A DNA stretch of 64,000 bases, taken from NCBI RefSeq assembly GCF_055900595.2, contig NZ_CM148325.1; one strand, given 5' to 3'. Made by a program: the position numbers and the translations under genes. Below, one piece after another: positions 32,901 to 45,212 of the stretch (position 1 is the first letter of the stretch; each line of letters opens with the position of its first letter). The notes beneath the pieces are model-generated. The model made no database searches. It saw only the letters and a program-made list of their open reading frames with translations, and was not told the DNA's origin.

Positions 32901-33743
32901 ATGCATTCACTCCAACGTAAAGTTCTGCGTACTATTTGTCCGGACCAAAAAGGTCTGATCGCCCGTATTACCAATATTTGCTACAAGCACGAGTTAAATA
33001 TCGTGCAGAACAATGAATTTGTTGATCACCGTACCGGGCGCTTTTTTATGCGCACGGAACTGGAAGGCATTTTTAATGATTCCACCCTGCTGGCGGATCT
33101 CGACAGCGCATTGCCAGAAGGCTCCGTACGTGAGCTGAATCCTGCCGGTCGTCGCCGGATAGTGATTCTGGTCACTAAAGAGGCGCATTGCCTTGGCGAT
33201 TTGTTGATGAAAGCCAATTACGGCGGCCTGGATGTCGAAATCGCGGCAGTTATTGGTAACCACGATACTTTACGTTCTCTGGTTGAGCGTTTTGATATTC
33301 CGTTTGAGCTGGTAAGTCATGAAGGATTAAGTCGCAACGAGCACGATCAAAAAATGGCGGATGCCATTGACGCTTATCAGACTGACTACGTGGTGCTGGC
33401 GAAGTATATGCGCGTATTAACGCCAGAGTTCGTAGCACGCTTCCCGAATAAAATTATCAATATTCACCATTCATTCCTGCCAGCGTTTATCGGTGCACGT
33501 CCCTATCACCAGGCCTATGAGCGTGGCGTGAAGATTATTGGTGCAACCGCTCACTATGTGAATGACAATCTGGATGAAGGCCCAATCATCATGCAGGACG
33601 TTATTCATGTCGATCATACATACACGGCTGAAGATATGATGCGTGCAGGTCGTGATGTCGAGAAAAACGTCTTAAGCCGCGCGCTTTACAAAGTGCTGGC
33701 GCAGCGTGTATTTGTTTACGGTAACCGGACGATTATTCTTTAA
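32901..33743 (+). CDS. purU: Formyltetrahydrofolate deformylase
   Basis: 280 aa matching PurU. Confidence 0.95.
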   Translation: MHSLQRKVLRTICPDQKGLIARITNICYKHELNIVQNNEFVDHRTGRFFMRTELEGIFNDSTLLADLDSALPEGSVRELNPAGRRRIVILVTKEAHCLGDLLMKANYGGLDVEIAAVIGNHDTLRSLVERFDIPFELVSHEGLSRNEHDQKMADAIDAYQTDYVVLAKYMRVLTPEFVARFPNKIINIHHSFLPAFIGARPYHQAYERGVKIIGATAHYVNDNLDEGPIIMQDVIHVDHTYTAEDMMRAGRDVEKNVLSRALYKVLAQRVFVYGNRTIIL

Positions 33744-33825
33744 TCGCCAGCAAAATAGAACTGGTTGCCTTTAATCCGTTACGGATGAAAATTACGCAAC
33801 CAGTTCATTTTTCTCAACGTAACCC

Positions 33826-33853
33826 TTTACAGCGGCGTGTCATTTGATATGAT
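33826..33853 (+). promoter_or_regulatory. tRNA-Tyr operon promoter
   Basis: -35 TTTACA (33826-33831), 16-bp spacer, -10 TATGAT (33848-33853), GC-rich discriminator, about 50 bp upstream of the first tRNA. Confidence 0.6.
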
Positions 33854-33903
33854 GCGCCCCGCTTCCCCACAAGGGAGCAGGCCAGTAAAAAGCATTACCC
33901 CGT

Positions 33904-33988
<85 letters not shown>

Positions 33989-34022
33989 TCTCAAGCATTA
34001 CATCAAAATTTGAATTATCCCT

Positions 34023-34107
<85 letters not shown>

Positions 34108-34463
34108 TCACTTTCAAAAGTTCCTGAAATCCCCAACAAATCCACAATTAAATATTCTGCCCATGCGGGGAAGGATGAGAAGCTTCGACTAAGGTTCGAC
34201 TCGAGCGCCAGCGAGAGAGCGTTGCCGCAGGCAACGACCCGTAGGGCGAAGCGCGCAGCGCTGAGTAATCCTTCCCCCACCACCATCACTTTCAAAAACC
34301 CCTGTATTCTCCAACGAATCCGTAACTGAATATTCTGCCCATGCGGGGAAGGATGAGAAGCTTCGACTAAGGTTCGACTCGAGCGCCAGCGAGAGAGCAT
34401 TGCCGCAGGCAACGACCCGTAGGGCGAAGCGCGCAGCGCTGAGTAATCCTTCCCCACCACCAT
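34108..34463 (+). repeat. Two tandem 178-bp repeat units downstream of the tRNA-Tyr genes (rtT / tpr region)
   Basis: Near-identical units at 34108-34285 and 34286-34463, each ending in the tRNA 3-prime-end-like AATCCTTCCCCCACCACCA. Confidence 0.7.
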
Positions 34464-34630
34464 CACACCCTTAAATACTCAAAACCTGTTACTTCAAGCT
34501 AATTTGCCCCGTGGCACCGCGTTTACCGGACCTACAATATCCTCCCCTGTAGGTCAGATAAGCGAATCACTCCGCACCGTGCCCATAAAAAAACCCCGCC
34601 GAAGCAGGGTCTATGTGAACTAAAATTCGC

Positions 34631-35308
34631 TTAGTGACGAGCGCGCACCAGCTGGTACTTACGTGTCAGATACTCCACCGGTACGCTCCAGATGTGCACC
34701 AGACGCGAGAACGGGAACAGCAGGAATAACGTCATCCCCAGCACCAGGTGCAGACGGAAGATAAACGCCACACCATCAAGATGTTGAGAAGCGCCACCAT
34801 GGAAGGTCACCACCGACTGCGCCCAGCCAACCAGTTTCATCATCTCGCTACCGTCCATATGCTGGGCGGAGAACGGAATGGTCAGTAGGCCCAGTGCGCA
34901 CTGGATAACGAGTAGCGACAGGATCAGGATGTCCGCCCCAGTAGTCGTTGCTCGTACGCGTGGGCTGGTCAAACGACGCTTCAGCAACAGCACGCCGCCA
35001 ATCAGACACAGCACGCCGCTGGCACCACCAGCAATCATCGCCATTTTCTGTTTCACTTCAATTGGCAACCACGCTTCATACATCCAGTGCGGCGTCAGCA
35101 TACCGAAGAAGTGGCCGACAAAAATCCCCAAAATTCCGATATGGAACAGGTTCGACGCCAGGTTCATCCCTTTGCGATCCAGCATCTGGCTGGATGCCGC
35201 GCGCCAGGTGTACTGCCCGTAGTCATAGCGCAGCCAGCTACCAATCAGGAAGACGGCCCCGGCTATGTACGGGTAGATATCAAAGAAGAACATATTCAGG
35301 AATTGCAT
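34631..35308 (-). CDS. narI: Respiratory nitrate reductase 1 gamma subunit
   Basis: 225 aa matching NarI. Confidence 0.95.
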   Translation of the reverse strand: MQFLNMFFFDIYPYIAGAVFLIGSWLRYDYGQYTWRAASSQMLDRKGMNLASNLFHIGILGIFVGHFFGMLTPHWMYEAWLPIEVKQKMAMIAGGASGVLCLIGGVLLLKRRLTSPRVRATTTGADILILSLLVIQCALGLLTIPFSAQHMDGSEMMKLVGWAQSVVTFHGGASQHLDGVAFIFRLHLVLGMTLFLLFPFSRLVHIWSVPVEYLTRKYQLVRARH

Positions 35309-36018
35309 TAGTGCTGTCCTCCGGTGGTGATATTCAGATATTGCGGCGCGACGGCACCGGCAAAGCGACGCTGATGAGCAGTGATTGCTGAATCACCGCA
35401 GCCTTTGTCAGCAAAGAATTTAACCTGCTCTTCTTCCCAGACGGCATCCAGCGCCTGTGGCGTATCGTCGCGCGCTTCATCAGCAATTTTTTCCGCCACT
35501 TTGTCGCTGTCGATAGCGGTATTCGCCAGTTTCAGCAGCAGATCAAACAGCACGGCATAACGGCTTTCACGTTGTTGCAGACGCGCGCTCAGCAACGCCA
35601 GGATCGGCGCGATATCTTTCAAACCTTCCACGGCTTCGCTTTGCGGCAGCTGCGCCAGATACTCCAGATACAGCGGCAGATGATCCGGTAATTCACGACT
35701 GTTCAATTGCAAACCGTGCTGCTCATACTGTGCCAACAAGTCAACCATTGCCTGGCCGCGATCGCGGGATTCACCGTGAACATGCTCAAACAGCAGCAAC
35801 GACGTGGCGCGACCACGGTCGAACAGTTCGCTGTACTGGGCCTGAGCATCCAGCGGATCCAGCGCTGTTAAATCGCGCAGGAAAATGCCCAGCGCATGGG
35901 CATCCTCTTTCGACAGATTTTCCGACGCAGCAATCGCCTCAAACATCTCTTGTTGATGCTGCCATAAGGCAGCATCCGGATATTCCAGGAGACGCGATAC
36001 AATCACGAGTTCGATCAT
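35308..36018 (-). CDS. narJ: Nitrate reductase molybdenum cofactor assembly chaperone
   Basis: 236 aa matching NarJ. Confidence 0.95.
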   Translation of the reverse strand: MIELVIVSRLLEYPDAALWQHQQEMFEAIAASENLSKEDAHALGIFLRDLTALDPLDAQAQYSELFDRGRATSLLLFEHVHGESRDRGQAMVDLLAQYEQHGLQLNSRELPDHLPLYLEYLAQLPQSEAVEGLKDIAPILALLSARLQQRESRYAVLFDLLLKLANTAIDSDKVAEKIADEARDDTPQALDAVWEEEQVKFFADKGCGDSAITAHQRRFAGAVAPQYLNITTGGQH

Positions 36019-37553
36019 GGGTGCGGCTCCGTTTTACTGGTCACGTCGATGGCATCGATACGGCGGCTGTTGAACAGATTAAATTTGGTATCTGAACCGT
36101 GGCAGCCGTCACCAAAGGTAAAGCCGCAGCCATTTTTCTCCGGGAAGGCTTCCCGCGCCAGTTCACGATGACTGCTCGGCACTACAAAGCGATCTTCATA
36201 GTTGGCAATCGCCAGATAACGGTACATCTCCTGTGCCTGAGCTTCGGTCAGACCGACCTCTTCCAGCGCACGGGTATCAACTTTACCGTCAACGGTTTCA
36301 GCACGTTTGTAATGACGCATCGCCAGCATACGTTTCAGCGCGCGCAGTACCGGTTTGGTATCACCGGCGGTCAGCAGATTCGCCAGATACTGTACCGGGA
36401 TACGCAGGCTTTCGACGTCTGGCAAAATACCGTTGCTGCCCAGCTCGCCCGCATCTGCCGCAGACTGAATCGGCGACAGAGGTGGCACATACCAGACCAT
36501 CGGCAACGTGCGATATTCCGGATGCAGCGGCAGCGCCAGTTTCCATTCCATCGCCATTTTATAAACCGGCGACTGCTGTGCGGCTTCAATAACGCTCAGC
36601 GGAATACCGTCTTTAATCGCCTGCTCGATGACTTTCGGATCATTCGGATCGAGGAACACGTCCAGCTGACGCTGGTAGAGATCTTTCTCGTTCTCGGTGC
36701 TGGCTGCACGTTCAATCGCGTCGGCATCGTACAGCAGCACGCCAAGATAACGGATACGACCGACACAGGTTTCTGAACATACTGTCGGCTGACCGGCTTC
36801 GATACGCGGATAGCAGAAGATGCACTTCTCAGACTTACCGCTCTTCCAGTTGAAGTAGATTTTTTTGTACGGGCATCCGGTGATGCACATACGCCAGCCA
36901 CGGCATTTGTCCTGGTCGATCAGGACGATGCCATCTTCTTCACGCTTGTAAATCGCACCGCTCGGGCAGGTCGCCACACATGCCGGGTTCAGGCAGTGTT
37001 CGCACAGGCGTGGCAAATACATCATGAAGGTGTTTTCGAACTGGCTATACATCGCCTTCTGGATGTTGTCGAAGTTCTTGTCTTTCGCCAGTTTGTCAAA
37101 CTCGCCGCCCAGGTCATCTTCCCAGTTTGGCCCTTTTTCGATTTTCGCCATCCGTTCGCCGGTAATTAGCGAACGTGGACGGGCAATCGGCTGCGATTTG
37201 CTGCCTTCCGGCGCGGTATGCAGGTTCTGATAGTCAAAATCGAACGGCTCGTAATAATCGTCGATCCCCGGCAGATGCGGGTTAGCGAAGATTTTACCCA
37301 GCAGCATGGCGCGGTTACCCATGCGCGGTTGCAGTTTGCCGTTGATTTTACGGATCCAGCCGCCTTTGTATTTCTCCTGGTTTTCCCAGTCTGTCGGGAA
37401 GCCCTGGCCCGGCTTGGTTTCCACGTTGTTGAACCACGCGTATTCCACGCCTTCACGGCTGGTCCAGACGTTTTTACAGGTCACTGAACAGGTGTGGCAA
37501 CCGATGCACTTATCCAGATTCAGCACCATGCCGACTTGTGAACGAATTTTCAT
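36015..37553 (-). CDS. narH: Respiratory nitrate reductase 1 beta subunit
   Basis: 512 aa with Fe-S cysteine clusters, matches NarH. Confidence 0.95.
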   Translation of the reverse strand: MKIRSQVGMVLNLDKCIGCHTCSVTCKNVWTSREGVEYAWFNNVETKPGQGFPTDWENQEKYKGGWIRKINGKLQPRMGNRAMLLGKIFANPHLPGIDDYYEPFDFDYQNLHTAPEGSKSQPIARPRSLITGERMAKIEKGPNWEDDLGGEFDKLAKDKNFDNIQKAMYSQFENTFMMYLPRLCEHCLNPACVATCPSGAIYKREEDGIVLIDQDKCRGWRMCITGCPYKKIYFNWKSGKSEKCIFCYPRIEAGQPTVCSETCVGRIRYLGVLLYDADAIERAASTENEKDLYQRQLDVFLDPNDPKVIEQAIKDGIPLSVIEAAQQSPVYKMAMEWKLALPLHPEYRTLPMVWYVPPLSPIQSAADAGELGSNGILPDVESLRIPVQYLANLLTAGDTKPVLRALKRMLAMRHYKRAETVDGKVDTRALEEVGLTEAQAQEMYRYLAIANYEDRFVVPSSHRELAREAFPEKNGCGFTFGDGCHGSDTKFNLFNSRRIDAIDVTSKTEPHP

Positions 37554-40500
37554 TTTACGCTCTCCTGTACCTGGTCATTGCCTTCGCCATCTAACCAGTC
37601 AATGTTCTTCATCTTACGCACTACAACAAATTCATCGCGGTTAGAACCTACAGTGCCGTAGTAGTTAAAGCCGTATGCCAGATGGGCATAGCCGCCGATC
37701 ATATGCGTCGGTTTCGGCGTGATACGGGTGACCGAGTTATGAATACCGCCGCGCTGACTGGTGATTTCTGAACCAGGCAGGTTAACGATACGTTCCTGCG
37801 CGTGGTACATCATGGTCATCCCTGCCGGAACACGCTGGCTGACAACCGCACGGGCAGTCAGTGCACCGTTGCTGTTGAAGACTTCAATCCAGTCGTTATC
37901 GGCGATACCCAGCTCTTTGGCATCGGCTTCACTCAACCAGACTACCGGACCACCGCGACCTAAAGTCAGCATCAGCAGGTTGTCGCTATAGGTGGAGTGG
38001 ATACCCCATTTCTGGTGCGGTGTCAGGAAGTTGAGCGCTTTTTCCGGATTACCGTTAGATTTCTGACCCATCACTTCTTTCACCGAACGGGTGTCGATCG
38101 GCGGACGATAAACCAGCAGGCTTTCACCGAAATCACGCATCCACTGATGATCCTGATACAGCTGCTGACGGCCAGAGAGCGTACGCCACGGGATCAGCTC
38201 GTGAACGTTGGTGTAACCGGCGTTGTAAGAAACATGTTCATCTTCAAGGCCAGACCAGGTCGGGCTGGAGATGATTTTGCGCGGCTGCGCCTGAATGTCA
38301 CGAAAGCGGATCTTCTCGTCTTCTTTATTCAGCGCCAGATGCGTATGGTCACGACCGGTAAACTCGCTCAATGCCGCCCAGGCTTTCACGGCCACCTGGC
38401 CGTTGGTTTCTGGTGCCAGCGTCAGGATCATCTCTGCTGCATCAATTGCGGTGTTGAGCATCGGCTGGCCTTTCGCCGGACCTTCCGCTTTGGTGTAGTT
38501 GAGCTTACGCAGCAGATCCATCTCGCTCTGGGTGTTCCAGGCAATCCCTTTACCGCCGTTACCGATTTTCTCCATCAGCGGGCCGATAGAGGTAAAGCGT
38601 TCGTAAGTTGCCGGATAATCGCGCTCTACGACCATAATGTGCGGTGCAGTTTTACCTGGGATCAGGTCGCATTCGCCTTTTTTCCAGTCTTTCACATCCA
38701 GCGGCTGCGCCAGTTCAGCGACAGAGTCGTGCTGGATCGGCAGCGTAACGATGTCGGTTTCTTTGCCCAGATGACCAACGCACACTTCGGAGAATTTCTT
38801 CGCGATGGCTTTGTAGATTTCCCAGTCGCTTTTCGCTTCCCAGGCCGGATCGACCGCAGCAGACAGCGGGTGAATAAACGGATGCATATCCGAAGTATTC
38901 ATGTCGTCTTTTTCGTACCAGGTCGCCGTCGGCAAAATGATGTCGGAATAGAGACAGGTGCTCGACAGACGGAAGTCCAGCGTCACCACCAGATCCAGCT
39001 TGCCTTCCAGACCGTTGTCCTGCCAGTCCACTTCTTCCGGCTTCACGCCGCCCTGCTGACCCAGGTCTTTACCCTGGATACCGTGCTCCGTCCCCAGCAG
39101 GTACTTGAGCATAAACTCATGACCTTTACCGGAAGAACCGAGCAGGTTAGAACGCCAGATGAACAGGTTACGCGGGTGGTTTTTACCGTTTTCTGGTTGT
39201 TCTGCCGCAAAACGGATAGAACCCTCTTTCAGGGATTTCACCGTATAGTCCACCGGATTCATCCCGGCTTTTTCTGCTTCGCGAGCGATAGTCAGCGGGT
39301 TAGTGCCTAACTGCGGCGCAGACGGCAGCCAGCCCATGCGTTCCGCACGGACGTTAAAGTCGATCAGATGTCCGGTATAGCGGGATTTATCCGCCATCGG
39401 CGACAGCAACTCTTCCGCAGTCACGGTTTCATAACGCCACTGGCTGGAGTGGTTATAGAAATAAGAGGTGCTGTTCATGTGACGAGCCGGACGCTGCCAG
39501 TCAAGGGCAAACGCCAGCGGCTGCCAGCCGGTTTGCGGACGCAGTTTTTCCTGACCTACATAGTGCGCCCAGCCACCACCGCTCTGACCGACGCAGCCGC
39601 AGAAAATCAGCATGTTGATCAGACCGCGATAGTTCATATCAAGGTGATACCAGTGGTTCAGACCTGCACCAACGATGATCATTGAACGACCGTGGGTCTT
39701 ATCAGCGTTGTCAGCAAATTCACGGGCAATGCGGATAATCTGGCTGCGAGAAACGCCAGTGATCTGCTCGGCCCATGCAGGGGTGTAGGCTTTCACGTCG
39801 TCATAGCTGGTTGCGCAGTTAACGTCGTTCAGACCACGTTCCAGACCGTAGTTTGCCAACGTCAGATCATAAACGGTCGTCACCAGTGCAGTGCTGCCAT
39901 CAGCCAGTTGCAGGCGTTTCACCGGCAGCTTGTGCAGCAGCACGTTTTCCAGTTCCACTTTGTTGAAGTGTTCCGTGCCGTCGCCACCAAAGTATGGGAA
40001 GCCCACTTCAGCGATCTCATCCTGGCTACCCAGCAGGCTCAGTTGCAGCTCGGTTTCTTCGCCAGTTTTGCCGTCGCGCTGCTCAAGATTCCATTTGCCC
40101 TTCTCGCCCCAGCGGAAGCCAATAGAACCGTTCGGCGCAACCATTTCTCCATTGGTATTAAAGGCGACAGTTTTCCATTCCGGATTGTTTTCCTGGCCCA
40201 GCGCATCAACCAGATCAGCAGCGCGCAGCATACGACCTGCGGCGTAGTAACCGTCGCGTTCTTCCAGCATCACCAGCATCGGCATGTCGGTGTAGCGACG
40301 CACATAGTCGGTGAAATACTGGCTTGGGTTGTCGAGGTGGAATTCACGCAGCATCACGTGGCCCATCGCCAGCGCCATTGCTGCGTCGGTGCCCTGCTTC
40401 GGTGCCAGCCACAGATCGCACAGTTTGGCGATTTCAGCGTAGTCCGGCGTGACGGCAACGGTTTTGGTGCCTTTGTAGCGCACTTCAGTAAAGAAGTGAG

Positions 40501-41293
40501 CATCCGGGGTACGCGTCTGCGGCACGTTTGACCCCCAGGCGATGATGTAGCTGGAGTTGTACCAGTCAGCAGATTCCGGTACGTCAGTTTGCTCGCCCCA
40601 GGTTTGTGGAGACGCAGGAGGCAGATCGCAGTACCAGTCGTAGAAGCTTAAGCAAGTACCGCCAAGCAGCGAGAGATAACGCGCACCCGACGCGTAAGAA
40701 ACCATCGACATTGCCGGAATTGGCGAGAAGCCAGCGACACGGTCCGGGCCGTAGTTTTTGATGGTGTAAACGTTAGATGCGGCGATCAGTTCGTTCACTT
40801 CCTGCCAGGAAGAACGAACAAAACCACCGCGTCCACGCGCCTGCTTAAAGCTTTTCGCTTTATCGGCGTCTTCAATGATAGAAGCCCATGCCTCAACCGG
40901 ATCGCTATGCAGCGCCTTCGCTTCACGCCACATTTTCATCAGGCGTTTGCGCATCATCGGGTATTTCAGACGGTTGGCGCTGTAAAGATACCAGGAGTAG
41001 CTGGCACCGCGCGGGCAGCCGCGAGGTTCATGGTTTGGCAGGTCCGGGCGAGTACGCGGATAGTCAGTCTGCTGGGTTTCCCAGGTGACCAGACCGTTTT
41101 TAACGTAGATTTTCCAGCTGCAGGAGCCGGTGCAGTTTACCCCATGGGTAGAGCGGACGATTTTGTCATGCTGCCAACGCTGGCGATATCCATCCTCCCA
41201 GTCACGGTTGGTATTGAGAAGCTGGCCATGCCCATCGGCAAAGGTTTCGCCCTTCTGTTTGAAGTAGCGAAACCGGTCCAGGAATTTACTCAT
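37550..41293 (-). CDS. narG: Respiratory nitrate reductase 1 alpha subunit
   Basis: 1247 aa matching NarG. Confidence 0.97.
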   Translation of the reverse strand: MSKFLDRFRYFKQKGETFADGHGQLLNTNRDWEDGYRQRWQHDKIVRSTHGVNCTGSCSWKIYVKNGLVTWETQQTDYPRTRPDLPNHEPRGCPRGASYSWYLYSANRLKYPMMRKRLMKMWREAKALHSDPVEAWASIIEDADKAKSFKQARGRGGFVRSSWQEVNELIAASNVYTIKNYGPDRVAGFSPIPAMSMVSYASGARYLSLLGGTCLSFYDWYCDLPPASPQTWGEQTDVPESADWYNSSYIIAWGSNVPQTRTPDAHFFTEVRYKGTKTVAVTPDYAEIAKLCDLWLAPKQGTDAAMALAMGHVMLREFHLDNPSQYFTDYVRRYTDMPMLVMLEERDGYYAAGRMLRAADLVDALGQENNPEWKTVAFNTNGEMVAPNGSIGFRWGEKGKWNLEQRDGKTGEETELQLSLLGSQDEIAEVGFPYFGGDGTEHFNKVELENVLLHKLPVKRLQLADGSTALVTTVYDLTLANYGLERGLNDVNCATSYDDVKAYTPAWAEQITGVSRSQIIRIAREFADNADKTHGRSMIIVGAGLNHWYHLDMNYRGLINMLIFCGCVGQSGGGWAHYVGQEKLRPQTGWQPLAFALDWQRPARHMNSTSYFYNHSSQWRYETVTAEELLSPMADKSRYTGHLIDFNVRAERMGWLPSAPQLGTNPLTIAREAEKAGMNPVDYTVKSLKEGSIRFAAEQPENGKNHPRNLFIWRSNLLGSSGKGHEFMLKYLLGTEHGIQGKDLGQQGGVKPEEVDWQDNGLEGKLDLVVTLDFRLSSTCLYSDIILPTATWYEKDDMNTSDMHPFIHPLSAAVDPAWEAKSDWEIYKAIAKKFSEVCVGHLGKETDIVTLPIQHDSVAELAQPLDVKDWKKGECDLIPGKTAPHIMVVERDYPATYERFTSIGPLMEKIGNGGKGIAWNTQSEMDLLRKLNYTKAEGPAKGQPMLNTAIDAAEMILTLAPETNGQVAVKAWAALSEFTGRDHTHLALNKEDEKIRFRDIQAQPRKIISSPTWSGLEDEHVSYNAGYTNVHELIPWRTLSGRQQLYQDHQWMRDFGESLLVYRPPIDTRSVKEVMGQKSNGNPEKALNFLTPHQKWGIHSTYSDNLLMLTLGRGGPVVWLSEADAKELGIADNDWIEVFNSNGALTARAVVSQRVPAGMTMMYHAQERIVNLPGSEITSQRGGIHNSVTRITPKPTHMIGGYAHLAYGFNYYGTVGSNRDEFVVVRKMKNIDWLDGEGNDQVQESVK

Positions 41294-41384
41294 CGGTTTT
41301 CTCCTGTGGGAGCCTGTCGGCCCTCTGATAAATCGACATTGCTAATGTTTAAGGGCAAGGTAACGCTCTGAAACAGCGTGGGAA

Positions 41385-41398
41385 TTGATAACGATCAA
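41385..41398. promoter_or_regulatory. FNR box in narG promoter region
   Basis: TTGAT-AACG-ATCAA, perfect FNR consensus symmetry upstream of narG. Confidence 0.5.
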
Positions 41399-41685
41399 GT
41401 GTGATGGGGATGAAAAATAAAGTAAATTCCTAAGATACCCCTTTAGGATAATTAACAGTTACAGCATAAAAGACTGTAAATTAAGGCATTTTATACCTGT
41501 AGTTATTTAAACTATTAAGAATTTTATGCAGATGGGTATTAAGGAGTATTCCCCATGGGTAACATATTAATGGCTCTTAATGAAATCCGGCGAAATAAGC
41601 CATATAACATTAGTATGTTGTAACTAAATGATGCATAAAAAAAGCGCGACATCATGCCGCGCAAAGGATAATCAAATATTAAGAT

Positions 41686-43077
41686 TTATTTTTTAGAATG
41701 CCGACCATATACCGCCCAGGTAATCACTACGCAGGCGATATAGAAAATCAAAAATACTTTCATTGCGCCGACTGGCGAACCCGTTAATGCCAGCGAGCTA
41801 CCGAACGCTTTCGGGATAAAGAAGCCACCAATCGCGCCAATCGCAGAGATGAAACCCAGCGCAGCCGCCGTGTCGGTTGCCGCTTCACGCATCGCACGTT
41901 CGTCAGAACCCCCTTCTGCTTTCACGCGATCCATTGTCAGTTTACGGAAGATCACGGAAATCATCTGGAAAGTGGAACCACTACCCAGCCCAGCTGTCAG
42001 GAACAGCGCCAGGAAGACTGCGAAGAACGCCATGAAGCTTCCGCCCTGTCCGTCAGTCGGTAAGGTCAGGAACAGCAGGCCGCTGAAAATCGCCATCAGG
42101 ATAAAGTTCACCAGTGTGACACGAGTTCCGCCCAGACGGTCAGATAATGCACCACCTGCAGAACGCGCCAGCGCACCAATAAACGGCCCGAAGAAAGCGT
42201 ATTGCAGAATCTGAACATCCGGGAACTGCGTTTTTGACAGCATCGCAAAGCCCGCGGAGAAGCCGATGAAGGAGCCGAAGGTTGCCAGATACAGCAGGCT
42301 CATAATCCACAGATGACCCCGTTTGAGTACCAGCAACTGCTCCTTGATGGAGGCTTTCGAGGTAGCAAGATCGTTCATGCCAAACCACGCCGCAATGGTG
42401 AAGATGGCAAGGAACGGCACCCATACCCAGGACGCATTCGCCAGATACAGCTCAGTCCCATCCGGCTGTTTGACACCCTGGCTACCAAATACTGCGAAAA
42501 TCGACAGTGATACCACCAGCGGAGCAACCAACTGCATGACGCTGACGCCCATGTTGCCCAGACCACCATTCAGACCCAGCGCGCCACCCTGCTTCTGTTT
42601 CGGAAAGAAGAAGCTGATGTTTGCCATACTGGATGCGAAGTTCGCGCCAGCAAAGCCACACAGCAGAGAGATGATGATGAAGACGCTATAAGGCGTGGAG
42701 GTATCCTGCACGGCAAAACCCAGCCAGACGCAAGGAATAATCAGAATACCGGTGCTGAACGCCGTCCAGCGACGACCACCGAAGATAGGAACCATAAAGG
42801 AGTATGGAACACGTAACAACGCGCCAGAAACCGAAGGCAGCGCCGTCAACATAAATAGCTGATCGGTCGTAAAATTAAAACCGACTTTCGGTAAGTTCAC
42901 CGCAACAGCACTGAATAACATCCATACGCAAAACGCCAGCAGCAGACAGGGAACGGAAATCCACAGGTTGCGGCTGGCAATACGTTGACCGCGTTGTTGC
43001 CAGAACGCAGGATCTTCCGGTCGCCAATCTGTAATGACAGCTCCAGTAGCCCTTTCGGGGGCGGATGAGTGACTCAT
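41686..43077 (-). CDS. narK: Nitrate/nitrite antiporter NarK
   Basis: 463 aa from MSHSSAPERATG, MFS transporter. Confidence 0.95.
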   Translation of the reverse strand: MSHSSAPERATGAVITDWRPEDPAFWQQRGQRIASRNLWISVPCLLLAFCVWMLFSAVAVNLPKVGFNFTTDQLFMLTALPSVSGALLRVPYSFMVPIFGGRRWTAFSTGILIIPCVWLGFAVQDTSTPYSVFIIISLLCGFAGANFASSMANISFFFPKQKQGGALGLNGGLGNMGVSVMQLVAPLVVSLSIFAVFGSQGVKQPDGTELYLANASWVWVPFLAIFTIAAWFGMNDLATSKASIKEQLLVLKRGHLWIMSLLYLATFGSFIGFSAGFAMLSKTQFPDVQILQYAFFGPFIGALARSAGGALSDRLGGTRVTLVNFILMAIFSGLLFLTLPTDGQGGSFMAFFAVFLALFLTAGLGSGSTFQMISVIFRKLTMDRVKAEGGSDERAMREAATDTAAALGFISAIGAIGGFFIPKAFGSSLALTGSPVGAMKVFLIFYIACVVITWAVYGRHSKK

Positions 43078-43136
43078 AGACACCTCTGATACTCGTTTCG
43101 ATGTCTGCCACCTTAGTGTCTGTAGCTAAAGGCAAT

Positions 43137-43150
43137 TTGATGTAAATCAA
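43137..43150. promoter_or_regulatory. FNR box in narK promoter region; second FNR-like site at 43175-43188
   Basis: TTGAT-GTAA-ATCAA at 43137-43150; TTGAT-ATTT-ATCAT at 43175-43188. Confidence 0.5.
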
Positions 43151-43415
43151 ACGATAAGATAACTTTATCTATCATTGATATTTATCATTACCCATAGTGA
43201 GTACAGTGATTTCATAAAAATTATGAGATTTTTCACGGTGCTGTAAAATCCCTACCCTTACCGATGTAAAGCGACTTACCACGCGGCAAATAAGGAGTAA
43301 CTCTTTCCGGGTATGGGTATACTTCAGCCAATAGCCGAGAATACTGCCATTCCAGAATGTATCGTCACATTCATTAAGGTTATTGCTCATTTAAAGCCTG
43401 AAGGAAGAGGTTTGC

Positions 43416-45212
43416 ATGCTTAAACGTTGTCTCTCTCCGCTCACCCTGGTTAATCAGGTTGCGCTTATTGTGTTGCTTTCTACTGCTATTGGACTGGCGG
43501 GGATGGCGGTTTCTGGCTGGCTGGTACAAGGCGTTCAGGGCAGCGCCCATGCGATCAACAAAGCGGGATCGCTGCGCATGCAAAGTTACCGTCTGTTGGC
43601 AGCAGTGCCATTAAGCGAGAAAGACAAGCCCTTAATTAAAGAGATGGAACAAACAGCATTTAGCGCCGAGTTAACCCGAGCAGCAGAACGAGACGGACAA
43701 CTGGCGCAATTACAGGGTTTACAAGATTACTGGCGTAATGAACTGATCCCTGCGCTAATGCGTGCACAAAACCGCGAAACGGTGTCAGCGGATGTCAGCC
43801 AGTTTGTTGCCGGGCTTGATCAACTGGTATCTGGTTTTGACCGCACCACGGAAATGCGCATTGAGACAGTGGTGCTGGTCCATCGGGTAATGGCGGTATT
43901 TATGGCACTTTTACTGGTGTTCACTATTATCTGGTTGCGGGCGCGACTGCTACAACCGTGGCGGCAGTTGTTGGCAATGGCGAGTGCCGTCAGCCATCGC
44001 GATTTTACCCAACGCGCGAACATCAGCGGACGCAACGAAATGGCTATGCTTGGAACTGCGTTGAACAATATGTCTGCAGAACTGGCGGAAAGTTACGCCG
44101 TACTTGAGCAGCGGGTTCAGGAGAAAACCGCCGGGCTGGAACATAAAAATCAGATCCTCTCTTTTTTATGGCAGGCCAACCGCCGTTTGCATTCCCGCGC
44201 CCCGCTGTGTGAACGCCTGTCACCTGTACTCAACGGCTTACAGAATTTAACCCTGCTACGTGATATCGAACTGCGGGTGTATGACACTGATGATGAAGAG
44301 AATCATCAGGAGTTTACCTGCCAGCCAGATATGACCTGCGATGATAAAGGCTGTCAGCTCTGCCCGCGCGGTGTACTCCCCGTTGGCGATCGCGGCACAA
44401 CCCTGAAGTGGCGGCTGGCTGACTCTCATACGCAGTACGGTATTTTGCTGGCAACCCTGCCGCAGGGGCGTCATCTTAGTCATGATCAACAACAACTGGT
44501 GGATACCCTGGTTGAACAACTCACCGCCACGCTTGCGCTGGATCGCCATCAGGAACGTCAGCAACAGTTGATCGTGATGGAAGAGCGTGCCACCATTGCG
44601 CGCGAACTGCATGATTCTATTGCCCAATCTCTCTCTTGCATGAAGATGCAGGTGAGTTGTTTACAGATGCAGGGCGATGCGCTGCCAGAAAGCAGCCGCG
44701 AACTGTTAAGTCAGATCCGTAACGAACTGAATGCATCCTGGGCGCAGTTGCGTGAATTGCTCACCACATTCCGCTTGCAGCTCACCGAGCCTGGATTACG
44801 TCCGGCACTGGAAGCGAGTTGCGAAGAGTACAGCGCCAAATTTGGCTTCCCGGTGAAGCTGGATTATCAATTGCCGCCTCGTCTGGTGCCTTCGCATCAG
44901 GCAATCCATCTGTTGCAAATTGCCCGTGAGGCATTAAGTAACGCCCTCAAACATTCGCAAGCGAGTGAGGTCGTGGTGACAGTGGCGCAAAACGATAATC
45001 AGGTCAAACTGACCGTCCAGGATAACGGCTGCGGCGTGCCTGAAAATGCCATCCGCAGCAATCACTACGGCATGATAATAATGCGCGACCGTGCGCAAAG
45101 TTTACGAGGCGATTGCCGCGTCCGCCGTCGTGAATCAGGTGGCACCGAAGTGGTGGTCACCTTTATTCCCGAAAAAACTTTCACAGACGTCCAAGGAGAT
45201 ACCCATGAGTAA
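43416..45212 (+). CDS. narX: Nitrate/nitrite sensor histidine kinase NarX
   Basis: 598 aa matching NarX. Confidence 0.95.

Noticed and set aside
34500-34620. REP-like palindromic element or second tRNA-like structure downstream of the rtT repeats
   Set aside because: Only partial resemblance to REP consensus and no tRNA T-arm; best explained as the narI terminator region.
37997-40531. Plus-strand ORFs of 437 aa (37997-39310) and 279 aa (39692-40531)
   Set aside because: Both lie antisense inside narG; no start signals and no protein-like features.
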